From: Paraspadella gotoi
Lineage: Eukaryota > Animalia > Chaetognatha
Assembly: GCA_051294375.1 (NCBI GenBank)
Contig: CM119267.1
Location: 21,397,755 to 21,461,754 of the forward strand
Reading direction: 5' to 3'
DNA length: 64,000 nt
The position numbers and the translations under genes were made by a program. Positions 36,024 to 55,964 of the stretch are shown in pieces. A model generated the notes under the pieces. It was not told the DNA's origin and did not search any database. It saw only the letters and a program-made list of their open reading frames with translations. Each line of letters begins with the position of its first letter. The stretch's first letter is position 1.

Positions 36024-39000
36024 TTACTATTTTAGGGATTTGATTAATATAAATTATACAATATGAACTGTTTCAAATAAAAGCGCACTCTGGATGACGG
36101 GCAACATTTAAAACGTTTCAAACGGTTAGTATGTCCATTAATATTGATTAATGTGTCGCTAGAACAAAATAAACTTTTATAAAAACTATTGGGAAATCCC
36201 GTTAAATGACTTTTATTTTCGACTAACCTTTTAAAAAGTGATTCCTCGACTGACTTTTGTTGATTCCTTATTCAAAGTTGGGCGCGATTGTCGTTGCTCT
36301 GAATATTTAAGTAATTAATAATGTCAAAATATTTTTAACGGAAATAATAGTTTCATGTTTCATAATGTGCATATAAGTGTAAAAGTAAAAGGATTTTTTG
36401 AGGGGGGAATATCGTACAATATGTACATATTATTGTTTTTTGAAAGTTTTTTTCATTCCTTATTGTCTGGCACTGAAAATTATATGAAAGTAAATACATC
36501 CAAATATATTTACCAAAAAAACTTCAATTTTCATTTGCACATATATCCTTATTATGAAACATAAAATTATTATGCCAACTTTTACTGCGCTTGTAATGTC
36601 GTTAAGACAATTTTTACGACTGTATTTTTAGCGAAAAAGCTGTTTTAAAAAAAAAAGAAAGAAAAAACGCCCCCACGTTACGCGTCGCGGTTCCGGTCGG
36701 ACGAGAAATTATAGATAAATGGTAAAGATAAAAAAATGTCTCTTGACTCAATCTTTCCGTCTGGTCGCACTCGTCAACCTTGTCCAAATAAGGATCTGTC
36801 AAAAAGAGTCGCTCCCCTTTTGTTGACGATGGGATACGAAGTTTCAATGCGATGCGACGCGAGGGTAAGGAAGTATTTCTTGGTATCAGTTCGATCACGA
36901 GGTCGCTATGTCCCGTTGAAGTTCACCCACAGGCATTTTCAAGTTGATTACGTACGTAAACAGTTTCGAAATTACTTATGGTATTTACGTTGGCAGAGGT
37001 TGACGATATTTAAATCAAGATTCAATGACTTCTTAAAAAAAAAGAAGAAATAAAAGAGATTTTGTTTTTCGCTGATTCGTGTCGGAACCTGTTTTCGTCG
37101 CGCACATGATTAATCAACGGGAAAAAATGTGGATCGTTTCATCTTGCTGCTAAGAAGGGGGGGCGTGGATGGGGGGGGAGGCGGATTCCAGGAACTAGTT
37201 TTTTTTTTCCTTTTTACATTTCTCGTTTTTGGGAGAAAATTCGAGAAAGAAAAGTTGGTGAAGGTCGATGAAGAAAATATATGGAGACGCGATGCCAAAT
37301 CTATTGCGAGTTTTAAAATTTTATGATTAAAATTTAAAATGTTTTAAAATTGTTCTAAAATTAAATTGTTTTAAAACTATTTTAAAATAGTTTTTTCTAA
37401 ACCCGATGCATATTGAATTCGACAGCGAACAAATTTTGGAATCAATTGCCCGGGAGTGCATATAAATGCCAATCGAAGGTCGTCCTTAAGTTACAAAAGA
37501 AGAATGCAACTTTAATTAAAGATGGCAATCTCGAAATAAGCCTAACTTTGGTGAGTAATATGACACACCTTGAACCACGTTTTACAGAAGCGTCCCTCAG
37601 ATTCGGACTGAAAAGGAACAGCGGGAACAAATCTGTATAAATCTTGTTTGGCGAGTTTTTTTAATGATTGACTTTTTAATGAGAATTTTTAAGTCTTTTG
37701 ATTTTTAACGACTGTTTTTCTACCCAAACGTAGGCTGGCATTACGCATGCGATATGCACTCTTAATAATCTTAGGTCAGAGTTTAATAACCTCGTTTGAA
37801 ATCAGTTTGATATGGTTCTCAGTTAATAACTTAATATCGATATGAAGTTTAGGCTACACTTTCTTTTGCCATATATGGCTTATGTTCATGACCATACAAC
37901 TAAGCAAAGTTAGTTTCATTTTTGTACATGTTTGCTTTGTTTCGAAGCGACCTTCTTATGAATGATGAAGATTATTCCAACTCCGAATTTTTTGAGAAAA
38001 TTAGATCATTAATTGAAAAGTTTGTTAAAAACAATTAAGTTAAAAAAACCCGTGGAGCTTTTTTTGACTTTTTTTGACTTTTATGACAAAATTTTAAGAA
38101 CAAAAAATCGTTGTCAGTAAGAAAAATAACATTTGTCAAGAGAGAAAATCTTAGGAATGCCGCCGTCTCAATTGCCTAAATATTGTAATTGTATTTCGCC
38201 TTACAAATTTTTTTAGCTTCGCGGGCAAAACAAATCCCCGACGACGACGAAAAACACACATAAAACGATCGTGTTACGCGAGATAAAACAACAACAACAA
38301 CAACCACAACAACAACGACAACACATTAGCAACGGAAGCGAGAGAAAGCGTCGGGACGATCAACTTGGCTTCCGAATTTCGGTTTCTCTCATTCTTCATC
38401 TTTCCCCCTTTATTTCACAAACTCCCTTGGGGCGGGGGCGCACTTCACTCCCCCCTCATTTTCTTTTCTTTTTTTTTTATTGTGAATGAAATTGTTTTCA
38501 TTTCTGGTTCTACTAGAAAATCACATGAAGGAATGATTTTCCAGAGTGTAGGCTTACGAAGAGAAGAAAATAACTTGGGAAGTGCGGTTGGGGGTTTTGG
38601 ATTATTTGGCCTTATTTTCTCAGAGCGCCCAATTTTATCTTAAATTTTAAAATAAGTTAATTTTTTTTAAGTTAAAGATTAGAATTGAAATTGATTACAT
38701 TGGAACAGAAATGGAGCGCGCTGGGAAAAGAGAGCCAGGGGGTGGCCTCTTGAAGTTAAATTTGACCGTGGTGCCTAAAAAAATATTTATTCAATACATC
38801 TGGATTAATCTTTAGTATTATAAAACAACTTTTTTAGACAGAAATAATACTTTTAAGCCCTGAATTAGCACTGAGGAGATACGTATAAAAAACAAACGAA
38901 TTTTTAAAAAAATAATTAAGGAAAAAAAATTCCAGATTCGAAAAACATTTGGGGAGAGAAAAATGAAGAAAAACGAGGAGAGACAAAAGGAAATTAAGGA

Positions 39001-39028
39001 GGGAATTGGAGAAAATTAAGGAAAAATT

Positions 39029-39097
<69 letters not shown>

Positions 39098-39704
39098 TGA
39101 AATCAGTGAAAATCACTAATCAGTGAACGAATTCCGTTTGGTTTTCAAGAATGTACAAGTGAAAGTTAAATTAATGTACAATGCCAATGGATAATTTTGG
39201 TATTGGTTTTAGCGAAGTGAGCTGTATTTTTTTAAGTACGTTTTAAATTGTTGACTCAACAATGTTGAGCTGCGACTTTCACAAACAGCGAAAAAAATGT
39301 CGTCGAAATTTCAGGAGGCGAAGTGATGGAAAAACCTTCGAAACGTGACACCGTAAGACGAGCGCAGTATTTTATGAGGCTAACGTCAAAAAATATGGAA
39401 GCGAAATGAATAATTGTTTTGTTTTCGTCACTCTTATTTCTGACTTCATGAGGCTTTCTTCTAGGAGAAAAAAAAAATTAAAAAATTAAAAAAAATTAAA
39501 AAATTAAATTATTGATAGTCATTTGGGAACTTTCAATATTAAATAAATAGATAATTAAATAAAACTTATAAACTTTATTTTTCTGTCTTCTAACACCTGG
39601 AGAGTTGACATCGAAACAAGTTTTATATTTCTTATTAAGCATTTTTAAAAGTCGAATCGAAGCTAAAAAGATGATAAATGGGAAGAATTAGAAACGGGAG
39701 AGGA

Positions 39705-40170
39705 AAAGTTCGAATTCTGGAGGTAGAAGGGAGGGAGAGGGAGGGAGAGAGGAGGAAGAGAGGGAAGGAGGGAGGAAGAGAGGGAGGGAGAGAGAGAGGA
39801 AGAGGGGAGGAAGAGAAGAAGGGGAGGAGAGAGGGAGGAAGCGAGGGAGGAGAGAGGGGAAGAAGAGAGGGAGAGGAGGAAAGGGAGGGAGGAAGAGAGG
39901 GAGAGGAGGAAAGGCAGGGTGAGAGGGAGGAAGAGAGAGAGAAAAAGAAGGAGAGGAGGAGAGGGAGAAAAGAGAGGAAGAGGAGGAGAGGGAAGGAGAG
40001 AGAGGAAGAGGAGGGGAGAGAAGAAAGAGAAAGAGAGGAGAGAAGGAGAGAGGAAGGAAATGGGGGGAAGGGAGAGACGGAAGAGAGGGAGGAAGAGAGA
40101 GGAGGAGAAAAAAGGAGGTACAGATAACGAAAAGAGTGGGGGAAGGAGAGAAGAAATAGGAGGAGAAAGG
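39705..40170 (+). repeat. Long polypurine (G/A) low-complexity tract
   Basis: ~460 bp almost entirely G/A; explains the spurious ORFs here. Confidence 0.9.
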
Positions 40171-41820
40171 GTAATCCTCTATCATAGTATGATCGAGAGA
40201 GAGTTCATAAAAAATTAAAAGAAATATGTTTGAAGTACAAAAAAAAAGAAGAAAGAATAAAACCAAAATAAAAAAAATAAAATAATAAATTTAAAAAATC
40301 GTTTATAAATTATTATTCCACAAAACGATGTCGGAAAAACAATCCCCCTTGGATAATTTACAGTAATATTTTTTAAAAAACGTCAAAGTCAAACATCAAA
40401 GTGACAAAAAAAAAATATTTTAAATTTTCGCGGTTTTTAAAAATCGCAATTGACAAAAGGGAAAAAAAAGAGCAAAAGTCTTTCGTCGAAAGATGTCGGT
40501 AAAGATGTTTTCATCGTCGAAACCGCGCGCTATTTCGAATTGTTTATAAATAAATACTTGGCCGATGGCGAGTTCGTCGTTATTCAGTCGTCCGAAAGAT
40601 CACGGGTCGATTCCTTACTTTAGAAGTTAGCTTTTAGAATTACGTCCACCGGGTATTGGAAAAAAAAAGAGAATTTTGGCGATGATATCATGACGACGAC
40701 AACGACATCGCGGGGGGTTTCGCCTCTTTACCGACAAAAGAGCATCGATCCGACGAAAAACGGAGAAACGAAATGACTGAAAGTCTAATCCGAAAATAGA
40801 GATAAATGGTTTCGCGTTGAGAAGCGCAATTTTTAATTTTTGAGACAGGACTAAAGTCACACTGGATTTTGAAGTTTTTTTGTTTAATTCACGTGATTGT
40901 ATACGATTGTGACAAACACTATCATAATCACTATCACTATCAGTCCAAATCTTTTGAAATCTCTACAACTTTTATAAAGACTTAATCAATAATCATTTCT
41001 CGCCTTGATTATTAAAAAAGAGAAAAAACTTGTTTCTTTTTTTAAAAAAAATATTAACAAAACTTTCTGAATATATAAACTCAAGTGTTTCTAAAAAAAA
41101 ATTCAAATCGCCATATGGTCGCCCATCATTTATTTCGTCTTAGGTTTGTTTATTTTCAAAGTCGCTAAGTATAGGTTCAGAAAATTTATAAACTTGAGCC
41201 ACCACGTCAAAACTCGAAAAAAAAATAAAAATTACCTAGGATTCGGCGAAAGTTTTAAGAGTTTCTTTTTGAAATTAAAAAAAATACATATAGTATATAA
41301 CACGTCGAATTTGTTTACATTTTTATCTCATTCGACAAAAAGGGGAAAAATATTTTAAAAAACTCACAGTAAAAGTTCATCGGTGTGAGCGTCGCTAACT
41401 GAACGGAATCCCGCTATTTGCACGGGACACCAATCGAATTCCGAAGCTGTCATATCGTCAAAAATGATAAAAAAAAAAGCTTAATAAATCGGTTTTGAAC
41501 TAATAAGTATAGATTTAACGAAAGCGGTTTGGCGTTTTGAAGTAAAACCGACGCGAGATATTAGTACACTATAAAATGAAATACTTTAATGAATTTTACT
41601 TTTTAGGAAATGAGGAAGTTATGATACATACATTAATTATTACTTATTAGTTATTAATATATTTTTGAATTTATTATAATGAATGATGGTTTAAAAAGCA
41701 GCACGCAAAATTTAATTAAATTCTAACGCAGTCATTTGCAGTCAGCAATAAATTTAAATCGGCGGAACTTAAGAAGAAAAAAAAGGATACATGCCGATTC
41801 CATCTGAACGGGAAAGAATG

Positions 41821-41878
<58 letters not shown>

Positions 41879-42075
41879 TTTGGAGAAAAATCACCGTCAA
41901 AAAGGATTAATATTTTTTTTAAAATTTTAAGTGCTTTCGCGCTAATGCAAATTAATGTGTTTTCATTGGATGAAAATGAAAATAGAATTGTAGAAAATAA
42001 AAGTAATAAAAAAACAAAACATAATATCACAAAATTAAGTAAAAGAAAGAAAAGGAAAAGAGAGAGAAAGGGGAA

Positions 42076-42119
42076 ATAAAGAAAGAAAGAAAGAAAGAAA
42101 GAGAGAAAGAAAGAAAGAG

Positions 42120-42192
<73 letters not shown>
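42076..42192 (+). repeat. (GAAA)n microsatellite
   Basis: Direct tandem repeat. Confidence 0.95.
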
Positions 42193-42193
<1 letters not shown>

Positions 42194-42289
42194 GACAGAA
42201 CCAAAACAAAAAAATTAAGTAAAAAGGGCCTTATTTTCCCAGATTGCCTATTTCATCTTAAATTCGGAATTAAGTCAGTTTTTAGGTTT

Positions 42290-42433
42290 ATAAATTAGGT
42301 AAAAGGTTAGGGTTAGAAATTAAGTTAAGCGTTAGGTTAAGTAGAAACGTTAGTGATTAGGGTTAAGGATTAGGGACTAAGGTTTAGGGTTAGGGTTGGG
42401 GTTGGGGTTAAGGATTAGGCTAAAGTTAAGGAT
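42290..42433 (+). repeat. Degenerate interstitial (TTAGGG)n-like repeat
   Basis: TTAGGGTTAG/GGGTTAGGGTTGGGG hexamer periodicity; a similar tract lies at ~5055-5170. Confidence 0.7.
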
Positions 42434-42954
42434 TGCTCTATTGGTCTATTCGATTAAATTAAGTTTAGGAAATAGGAAACAGAATGGGTCACGTTTAGAA
42501 AAGAGAGCCATAAAAAAAGTACGTGAGATTGACATCTAAATATATATAAAGTTAACAGAGAGGGAGTGGGGGAGAGAGAGGGAGCGAGAGACACAGCCGT
42601 GATTTTTTTTTTCAACAAATCCATCATCCCGTTTCTCATTTCCGAATTTCCCGTCAACTCAAACGAAAAAAAAGGATCGCCAGCCTAATTGAGCGGAATG
42701 CCATATGATAATGTTTTTTATCGATATTTTTGAATTTTTTTTTGGAGGGGGGTTGAAACTAATTTTTGAGAATAATATTTTTTTCTCGACTGTCCAATAA
42801 ATTTTTGGTCAAAAACGAAGACGAAAATTCCGAACATAGAAAAGTTTACCTTGAAAAATCTACCAACTTTTTACTTACCCTAAAAAGAGCATTATATCAT
42901 ATTAATACTAAATGAAAACAGCTGGGCTGACTCCGATTCCCAAATAGTTAAACT

Positions 42955-43142
42955 AATGGGGCATTGTACGTGTAGGCTTCAGGGGCTTCGCACCCACAGT
43001 GGCGCCGCATGCCACTGGCGTCCCGCATTTGCCAAAGCAAGGGGAAGTCGTCCGCACTAAAGAGAGAACGTCCGGCTGGGATGGTGACTGGCGACTGGTG
43101 AGAGTTGGTTGAGTGTGAGGCGGAGAGAATTTACCGCCATAA
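42955..43142 (-). mobile_element. Distant relative of the structured repeat, inverted
   Basis: Shares GGGGCTT(T)CG..CAGTGRC-loop-GYCACTGGC and a similar terminus (GAATTT..CGCCAYAA) with copies 1 and 2. Confidence 0.5.
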
Positions 43143-45247
43143 CTTGCGGGAAATATGAAAGAATAATCACGGGGATAATACACATACATTTTCTACTCTC
43201 CCTTTTAATGTACAATACACGTAAGAGTATTTTTTAGTCTAGCTAGTTTAGTGTACCTCAGTTTTTTTATATTTTACACCTCAACGCAGACTTCAAGAGA
43301 AATTAAATCAAGATTCGGACATCATCTAAGACATTTACAATGTAATTGGCTCTTAGATAAATTTACATATGCATAATAACTTTGGACATAAAATTATATA
43401 ACACTAGATTACGTCATCAAATTTCACTGCGAACATTCTTAAATCACAAAACGATGCAGCCATGAGAACAACCTTACAATTTAGTGAAATGTAAAAAAAA
43501 TTTTTAGCTTTCTTTTTTAATATTTTATCAAAACTCAAAAAACATCGTATTTGGTCGAACCAATTTAAAGATGATGGATACAGTGAAGATCGCTTACGAC
43601 AATACCGAAAAAGGGGGACGATTTTTGAATATAATATGTATATTTAACAGAATAAGAGAAATATTCATACATAACGATTTGAAAGGCATAAAACCGATGC
43701 CTTAATCGATGCTGAAATGAAAGTAGAACATTCCGCTCCTGGGGCGTTCGTTCGTTCATAACCGGCCTTGACTGTATCGAGAGCAAAGACCCAGAAAATT
43801 CAAAAGATTTGATTTGTTTACGGTATAAGTGAGCATTGGGTACAGAAGGGAAGGAGAGGAAAAATAAAAGTGATTTGGCTTCACTAAGTAGGGAATAAAT
43901 CCTGTTGATTAAAAAAAATCATTACTTCTTTTATTTTAAAAAAATTATAAAGTATTTTGAAATTAGATTACGATTAAGAAAATAAGGTGACATCCTTAAA
44001 CATTTGCTTTTTTAAAAAATTCATTAAAATGACTTCCTCTGTGACAGTCTATTTAATTTATCATCAGGCGATTCCAAATTTATTTTACATATCAAAATTT
44101 TGGTAACTGGTGTCTCGCAAAAAAAAAACAAAAAAAATAAAAAATAAAAATGATAACGAAATCGAGGAAAAAAAGTTAAACATGAATAATTATTTCTTTC
44201 TCGGCGAACAATGAAGCTGACTAGATCTTCATCACATCATTTCTAGAAATGCATACTAGTTATTTTTGAAAAAAAAAAAAACAACCAAAAACAACATATT
44301 TTTTTCCGCTCGCAACGGTTAAGAACCAATCATATTCACGTCTTGGTCAATCTCCTTCAAGCTGCTTGGCCAATGCTAAGTACTGCTTGCTTAACAGCCA
44401 TTCTTAATGAAGCTCTTGAATCACATTCGGGCAAAAAAAAAATCTAATCTAATCTCAATTATTTTGTATCAATACTTTTCCAATTCTTGGACAACAAATT
44501 ATTTAAGCGGAAAAAAATAAAATGATCAAAACCCGGAACGCGAGTGAAAGAGAGATAGAGAGGAGAGACAGAGGCGACAACAGGAATCCGGAGACAGAGT
44601 CAAAATAAAAAAAAATAAAAATTCGATAATTTATCTCATTCAAATGTAATGATAAATTATTAGTTAAGATTTTCCGAAGGTGAGGGAAGGAAAAAAAATT
44701 AAGGGAATGGGGAGAGAGAGAGAGAGATAGAGAGAGCGAGAGGGTGATAATAAATCTCTTTCTATCGACGGCGGCAAGTAGGGGGAGATTTTCAAAATTG
44801 CCTCAAATGTCCACCCTTTTGTCGTTTTGTTTGTTTTTTTCGTTTGTCTTTTAATCCGCGATTGGTTCCCCTGGCGGGAGAGTCTTTTGTTTTTCATTCT
44901 TTTTCTTTCACTCCACCCAACTTGAAAGTTTCCGAAATTATTTAAAGAATTTCCTAATTTTTTAAAAAAATTTTCTTTTCGTTTCGTTTTAAAGGTTGTT
45001 GAGTAATGAGTTGTTATACTTATACATACAAGTCATTACATTCATCCTTCCTCAAAAATCATCGTTTGAAATCAAAACTCCTAAAAAAAAAGATGGCGCG
45101 CGGATTAAGGAATCGCGTTGTTTTTTTTTTATACTTTTTTTCATTTTTCAATCGAAACGATCGTGATTTCCATCTCGTGACTTTTGTTTTTTTTTAAATT
45201 CTCTCTCTTTTTTCTCTCTCCCCCTCGAGCCGACTTTCGTCTCTCTC

Positions 45248-51693
<6,446 letters not shown>

Positions 51694-51719
51694 GGTGCTG
51701 GCGTGTCACTCAGTCTGCG

Positions 51720-51967
51720 NNNNNNNNNNNNNNNNNNNNNNNNNNNNNNNNNNNNNNNNNNNNNNNNNNNNNNNNNNNNNNNNNNNNNNNNNNNNNNNNN
51801 NNNNNNNNNNNNNNNNNNNNNNNNNNNNNNNNNNNNNNNNNNNNNNNNNNNNNNNNNNNNNNNNNNNNNNNNNNNNNNNNNNNNNNNNNNNNNNNNNNNN
51901 NNNNNNNNNNNNNNNNNNNNNNNNNNNNNNNNNNNNNNNNNNNNNNNNNNNNNNNNNNNNNNNNNNN
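51720..51967. other. Assembly gap (N run) in the GNAO 5' UTR/promoter; other gaps at 2220-2244 and 7910-7919
   Basis: N characters. Confidence 1.
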
Positions 51968-52767
51968 TGGAGAAGCCGCTTTTTTTTTAAGGGGGCTTCG
52001 CGTCTTTTGCGTTTTGGTTTTTTCCTCGGATAAAACAGCGTTGCGTTTCTTTTTTTCGATCGTTTCGTTTTTTTTTTTTTTTTCCGAGATCCGGGATCGA
52101 GTCGATGAACGCCTTATGGCGGATGCTCTCTCTCTCTCTCCGTCTCGTCGAATATCGCGTCGACAGAGACAGAGACAAGAAGCAGATTCTGTGTGATCTT
52201 TCTCTCTGAAAAAAAAAAAGCGATGAAGATTTTTAGTCAAAATTTGTTTAGTTTTCGATTTTTAATATTTCCGTCTTTTTTTTTTACTAGAAAGTCTCGT
52301 GGCAAGAAAACACAATTTATCCCTGGAACAGATAAATCGGCGCTCTTGTGTATCAGGTCGTCGTCGTCGTCGTTGTTGTTATCAAAAGATAAGGCCGACA
52401 CAATATATATCCAAGGCTCGAAAACCTCTCTTCGTTATCAGTTCTCTCGACTACTCGAAGCCAGAGCCAACGAATTAAAAAATAGTTTGAGAATAAAAAA
52501 AAAGAAGAGATAAATGATATAAAACGTAGAACGAAATGCCGCAACCTGTTCCGTAATACGCGTTAGTTTTTGTACTCAAGTTAGGTTTAATTATTTTTTC
52601 TATAATTTTTGTTTACAGAAGAGAAAGCGAATTGATAAATCATTAAAAAAATACGCTTCGACGATTTTAACTGGCGGGGAGAATTTTAAAAAAAGAGAAA
52701 AAAAAATATTTTGAACGATTTTCTTGTTACAAAAAATGTTAAGAGATAATAAATCTGCGTCCTTTAA

Positions 52768-52816
<49 letters not shown>

Positions 52817-53121
52817 GATTGTCGATGCCACGTCTGGTAAAGTAAGAATCGTTTCAATGTTAAACTTTCGATTAAATCCGACTTTTTCGTTCGGCCGTCC
52901 AGGACAGACAGGACAGACAGAATGAAATATAAAAATATCAATTTCAACTATTTCTTTTCGTTCTTTCTCCTCATTGAATAAGAATTAGGGTCAAAATTGA
53001 TTTGCAGATCGCGAGAAAATTGAGATTAAATATTAGATTTATTACTTTCGCGGTGGTCTGTATATTGTCGACGGATTTTTTTATTTAGAAGAGAATAACT
53101 CGTTGGCTTTTTATCTTAAAC

Positions 53122-53193
<72 letters not shown>

Positions 53194-53639
53194 GCTCACA
53201 GTGTTATGCAGCACATAACACGATATGAACTGTAACTATTAACTGTAAATGAGTGATAGTACGGAAAAGAGAAAGAAAAAAAAACGAAAAAAAAAAAATT
53301 TGTACCAAAATTTGTGTTTATCCATCTTTGATTTTGTGTTTACAATCAATCTTTTCTCAGGGAATTTCGCTCTCTCTCTTTGTCTCTCTCTCTCTCTCTA
53401 GAAAATTAAAGAATGAGATTCGATTAAAGAGAGAGAGTCAGTGAGCGAGAAAAATGGAGTGAGAGCGAGATGTACTTATTTCTAAAACGATCAACGCAAT
53501 TTTAGGAACAAATGACGCACAATATTAGTGAAGGAGCTTTTGAATAGCTATGTTTTTATAAATATTTTCATTTCCTGGCACAGTACGGTGGCCATGGAGA
53601 ATATAAATATGTTAATGAAGTGCTAGACACACACTCACA

Positions 53640-53755
<116 letters not shown>

Positions 53756-54017
53756 ACCAAGAGTCGTTCACTTTTTTCCAATTTCCTCCTCTTCCTTCGT
53801 TTCCGCTCTTCCTCCTCTCATTGGCGCCAACGTTGACGCCACGCGCGACTCGAGGCCGCAGAACCGAGAAAGGTGTTCGCTGTGCGCGAGCCAGAGAGCG
53901 CGCCGGGGAAAGAGAGAGAGAGAGAGAAAGATAGAGATAGAGAGAGAGAGAGAATCTATGTGCGAGCGACGAAAAAGCAAATGGCGGGTGGCAAGGGAAG
54001 GCAACGCGAATTTTGCC

Positions 54018-54098
<81 letters not shown>

Positions 54099-54215
54099 CG
54101 AGAAGAGAGAGAGAGAGAGACGATGCACATCTTGGCAGGGAAGGACTGAAACGAGATGAGCTCACGACTTCCGGTTGGACGCCTGGGAAAGAGAAACGAC
54201 GAGATGAAGAAAGAA

Positions 54216-55898
54216 TGAATGGGAGCGACAAGTTACGTAATCATTAAACATTTAATAAACAATAAACATTGCGATAAAAAACAAGGCTTTACTGAACGTT
54301 AATAGTATTAATATTAATTAGTAATAATATTAATAATACTTTAGCTTTACTCTTAATATACATATAAAGTACGTAGATCAGTTACTTCCCGTCGTTTAAT
54401 ATAATTAATGATTAAATTCTGCTTGATGAATAAAGATATCTTGACATTATTTTAGAAAAAAAATTAAACTAATCCTTTAACTAAAAATATAAAATTTAAA
54501 GACACTATTTGTCTAATAATTGGCTGACTTTTTACCCCCCCACTTTTCTCTTCTTTGTTCTTATGTTTTTTCTTAGATAATGTAAGTTCGTTCTCGCTTC
54601 TGGCTTTACGCGCTCCCTCTCTCGTGTCAACGAAAAACGAAAACAAAGGCATAGAAAATCGTGTTACCGCGAAGGCTTACGCAACTCATTTTGCTTTTCC
54701 GTCGTGGCGATTTTCTGTAAAGAAGAAGCCAACCAAGCGATTTCAAGATGAAGGTAGAGGTTTGTCTTAGTTCATTAGAAAGCTTATAAAAATAGCAGGA
54801 CTTAGCTATGAGAGATGATAAAACTGCTTTATCATCTAAAACAATTGGGGATTTATTTCTGTGTCAGCTATAATCTAAAAAGTGTTTGACAATCTATATG
54901 CCACATGGTCTTCATATCTATAGCGACAACGCTGTTATATGCTTCATATGCTTTATATGCTTCACCTGAAGATTTTAGTCAGAAAAAATAAAATTGCGTC
55001 GTGAATCGTAAAATAGGAAATGTAAAAGAGTTTATCATTGAAATCAATTATCCAATGGAAGATAATGAAAAAAGCGACATTATTTACGAAGAGACGTAAT
55101 AACGATGACGACGACGACAACGACGACGACGATGAAACTTAGACGATTTATTCGTTTGTCTTTTTAAAAAATTCTAAAGCTTAAAAGAGAAAAGATATTA
55201 TTTCTCTTTTTTCGGTCAACCGTGTTATTTATTTCCTTTTCGTTTTTAATTCAGAAACAAAAAAGTAAAAACAAAACCGAATCCAGAGCGAAACAAAATG
55301 TTTTGTCAGCGAAGACGCCGCGTGAAGAAATGGGTGAAGGGATTTTATAAAATGATAAATAATAATAAATTTCACACTATCACTTTGATAGTTTAAAGAG
55401 AAATGTTTAAAAACGTTAGAAATGTTCACCAACAAGCAAACTAAAATAAAATAAGATAAAATTTAAATCCTTCCAAGTTTAACTTTAAAATATGTCACCA
55501 GACTATCTCAAACTCTGACTTTCCTTTCACAGAGAAGGATCTCACACTTCGAAAAATTCAGAAAAAAGCTAAGATCACCGACAAAGGTCGCAATGATTGC
55601 GGAGAGGGTTCATCCGCTGATGCTATCATTGATTCTGCCAAAGTGGAGTCATCAGCAAGAACGAATCTTTTCTGCGGAGCCAATGGAGGACCGAAGCGTC
55701 GCAATGCGACTATGAGTGAGAAAATGATGGGATCAGATCTCCCATGATGAGTTTCTTCTTAGTTTTTCCGTTTGTTTGTTTTTTTTTTTTGATCACTTAC
55801 TATTGTTTAAAACAAATACTAATAATTTTATTTTTTCGATAGTCACGATCGATAGCGAAGATGAAGAAGACGAGCCAAGGGAAGAATCGAAAGTTGGT

Positions 55899-55964
<66 letters not shown>

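Noticed and set aside
36660-40830. CpG-rich patches that might be non-coding first exons or promoters of SLC4-B
   Set aside because: Plausible but unsupported without transcript data.
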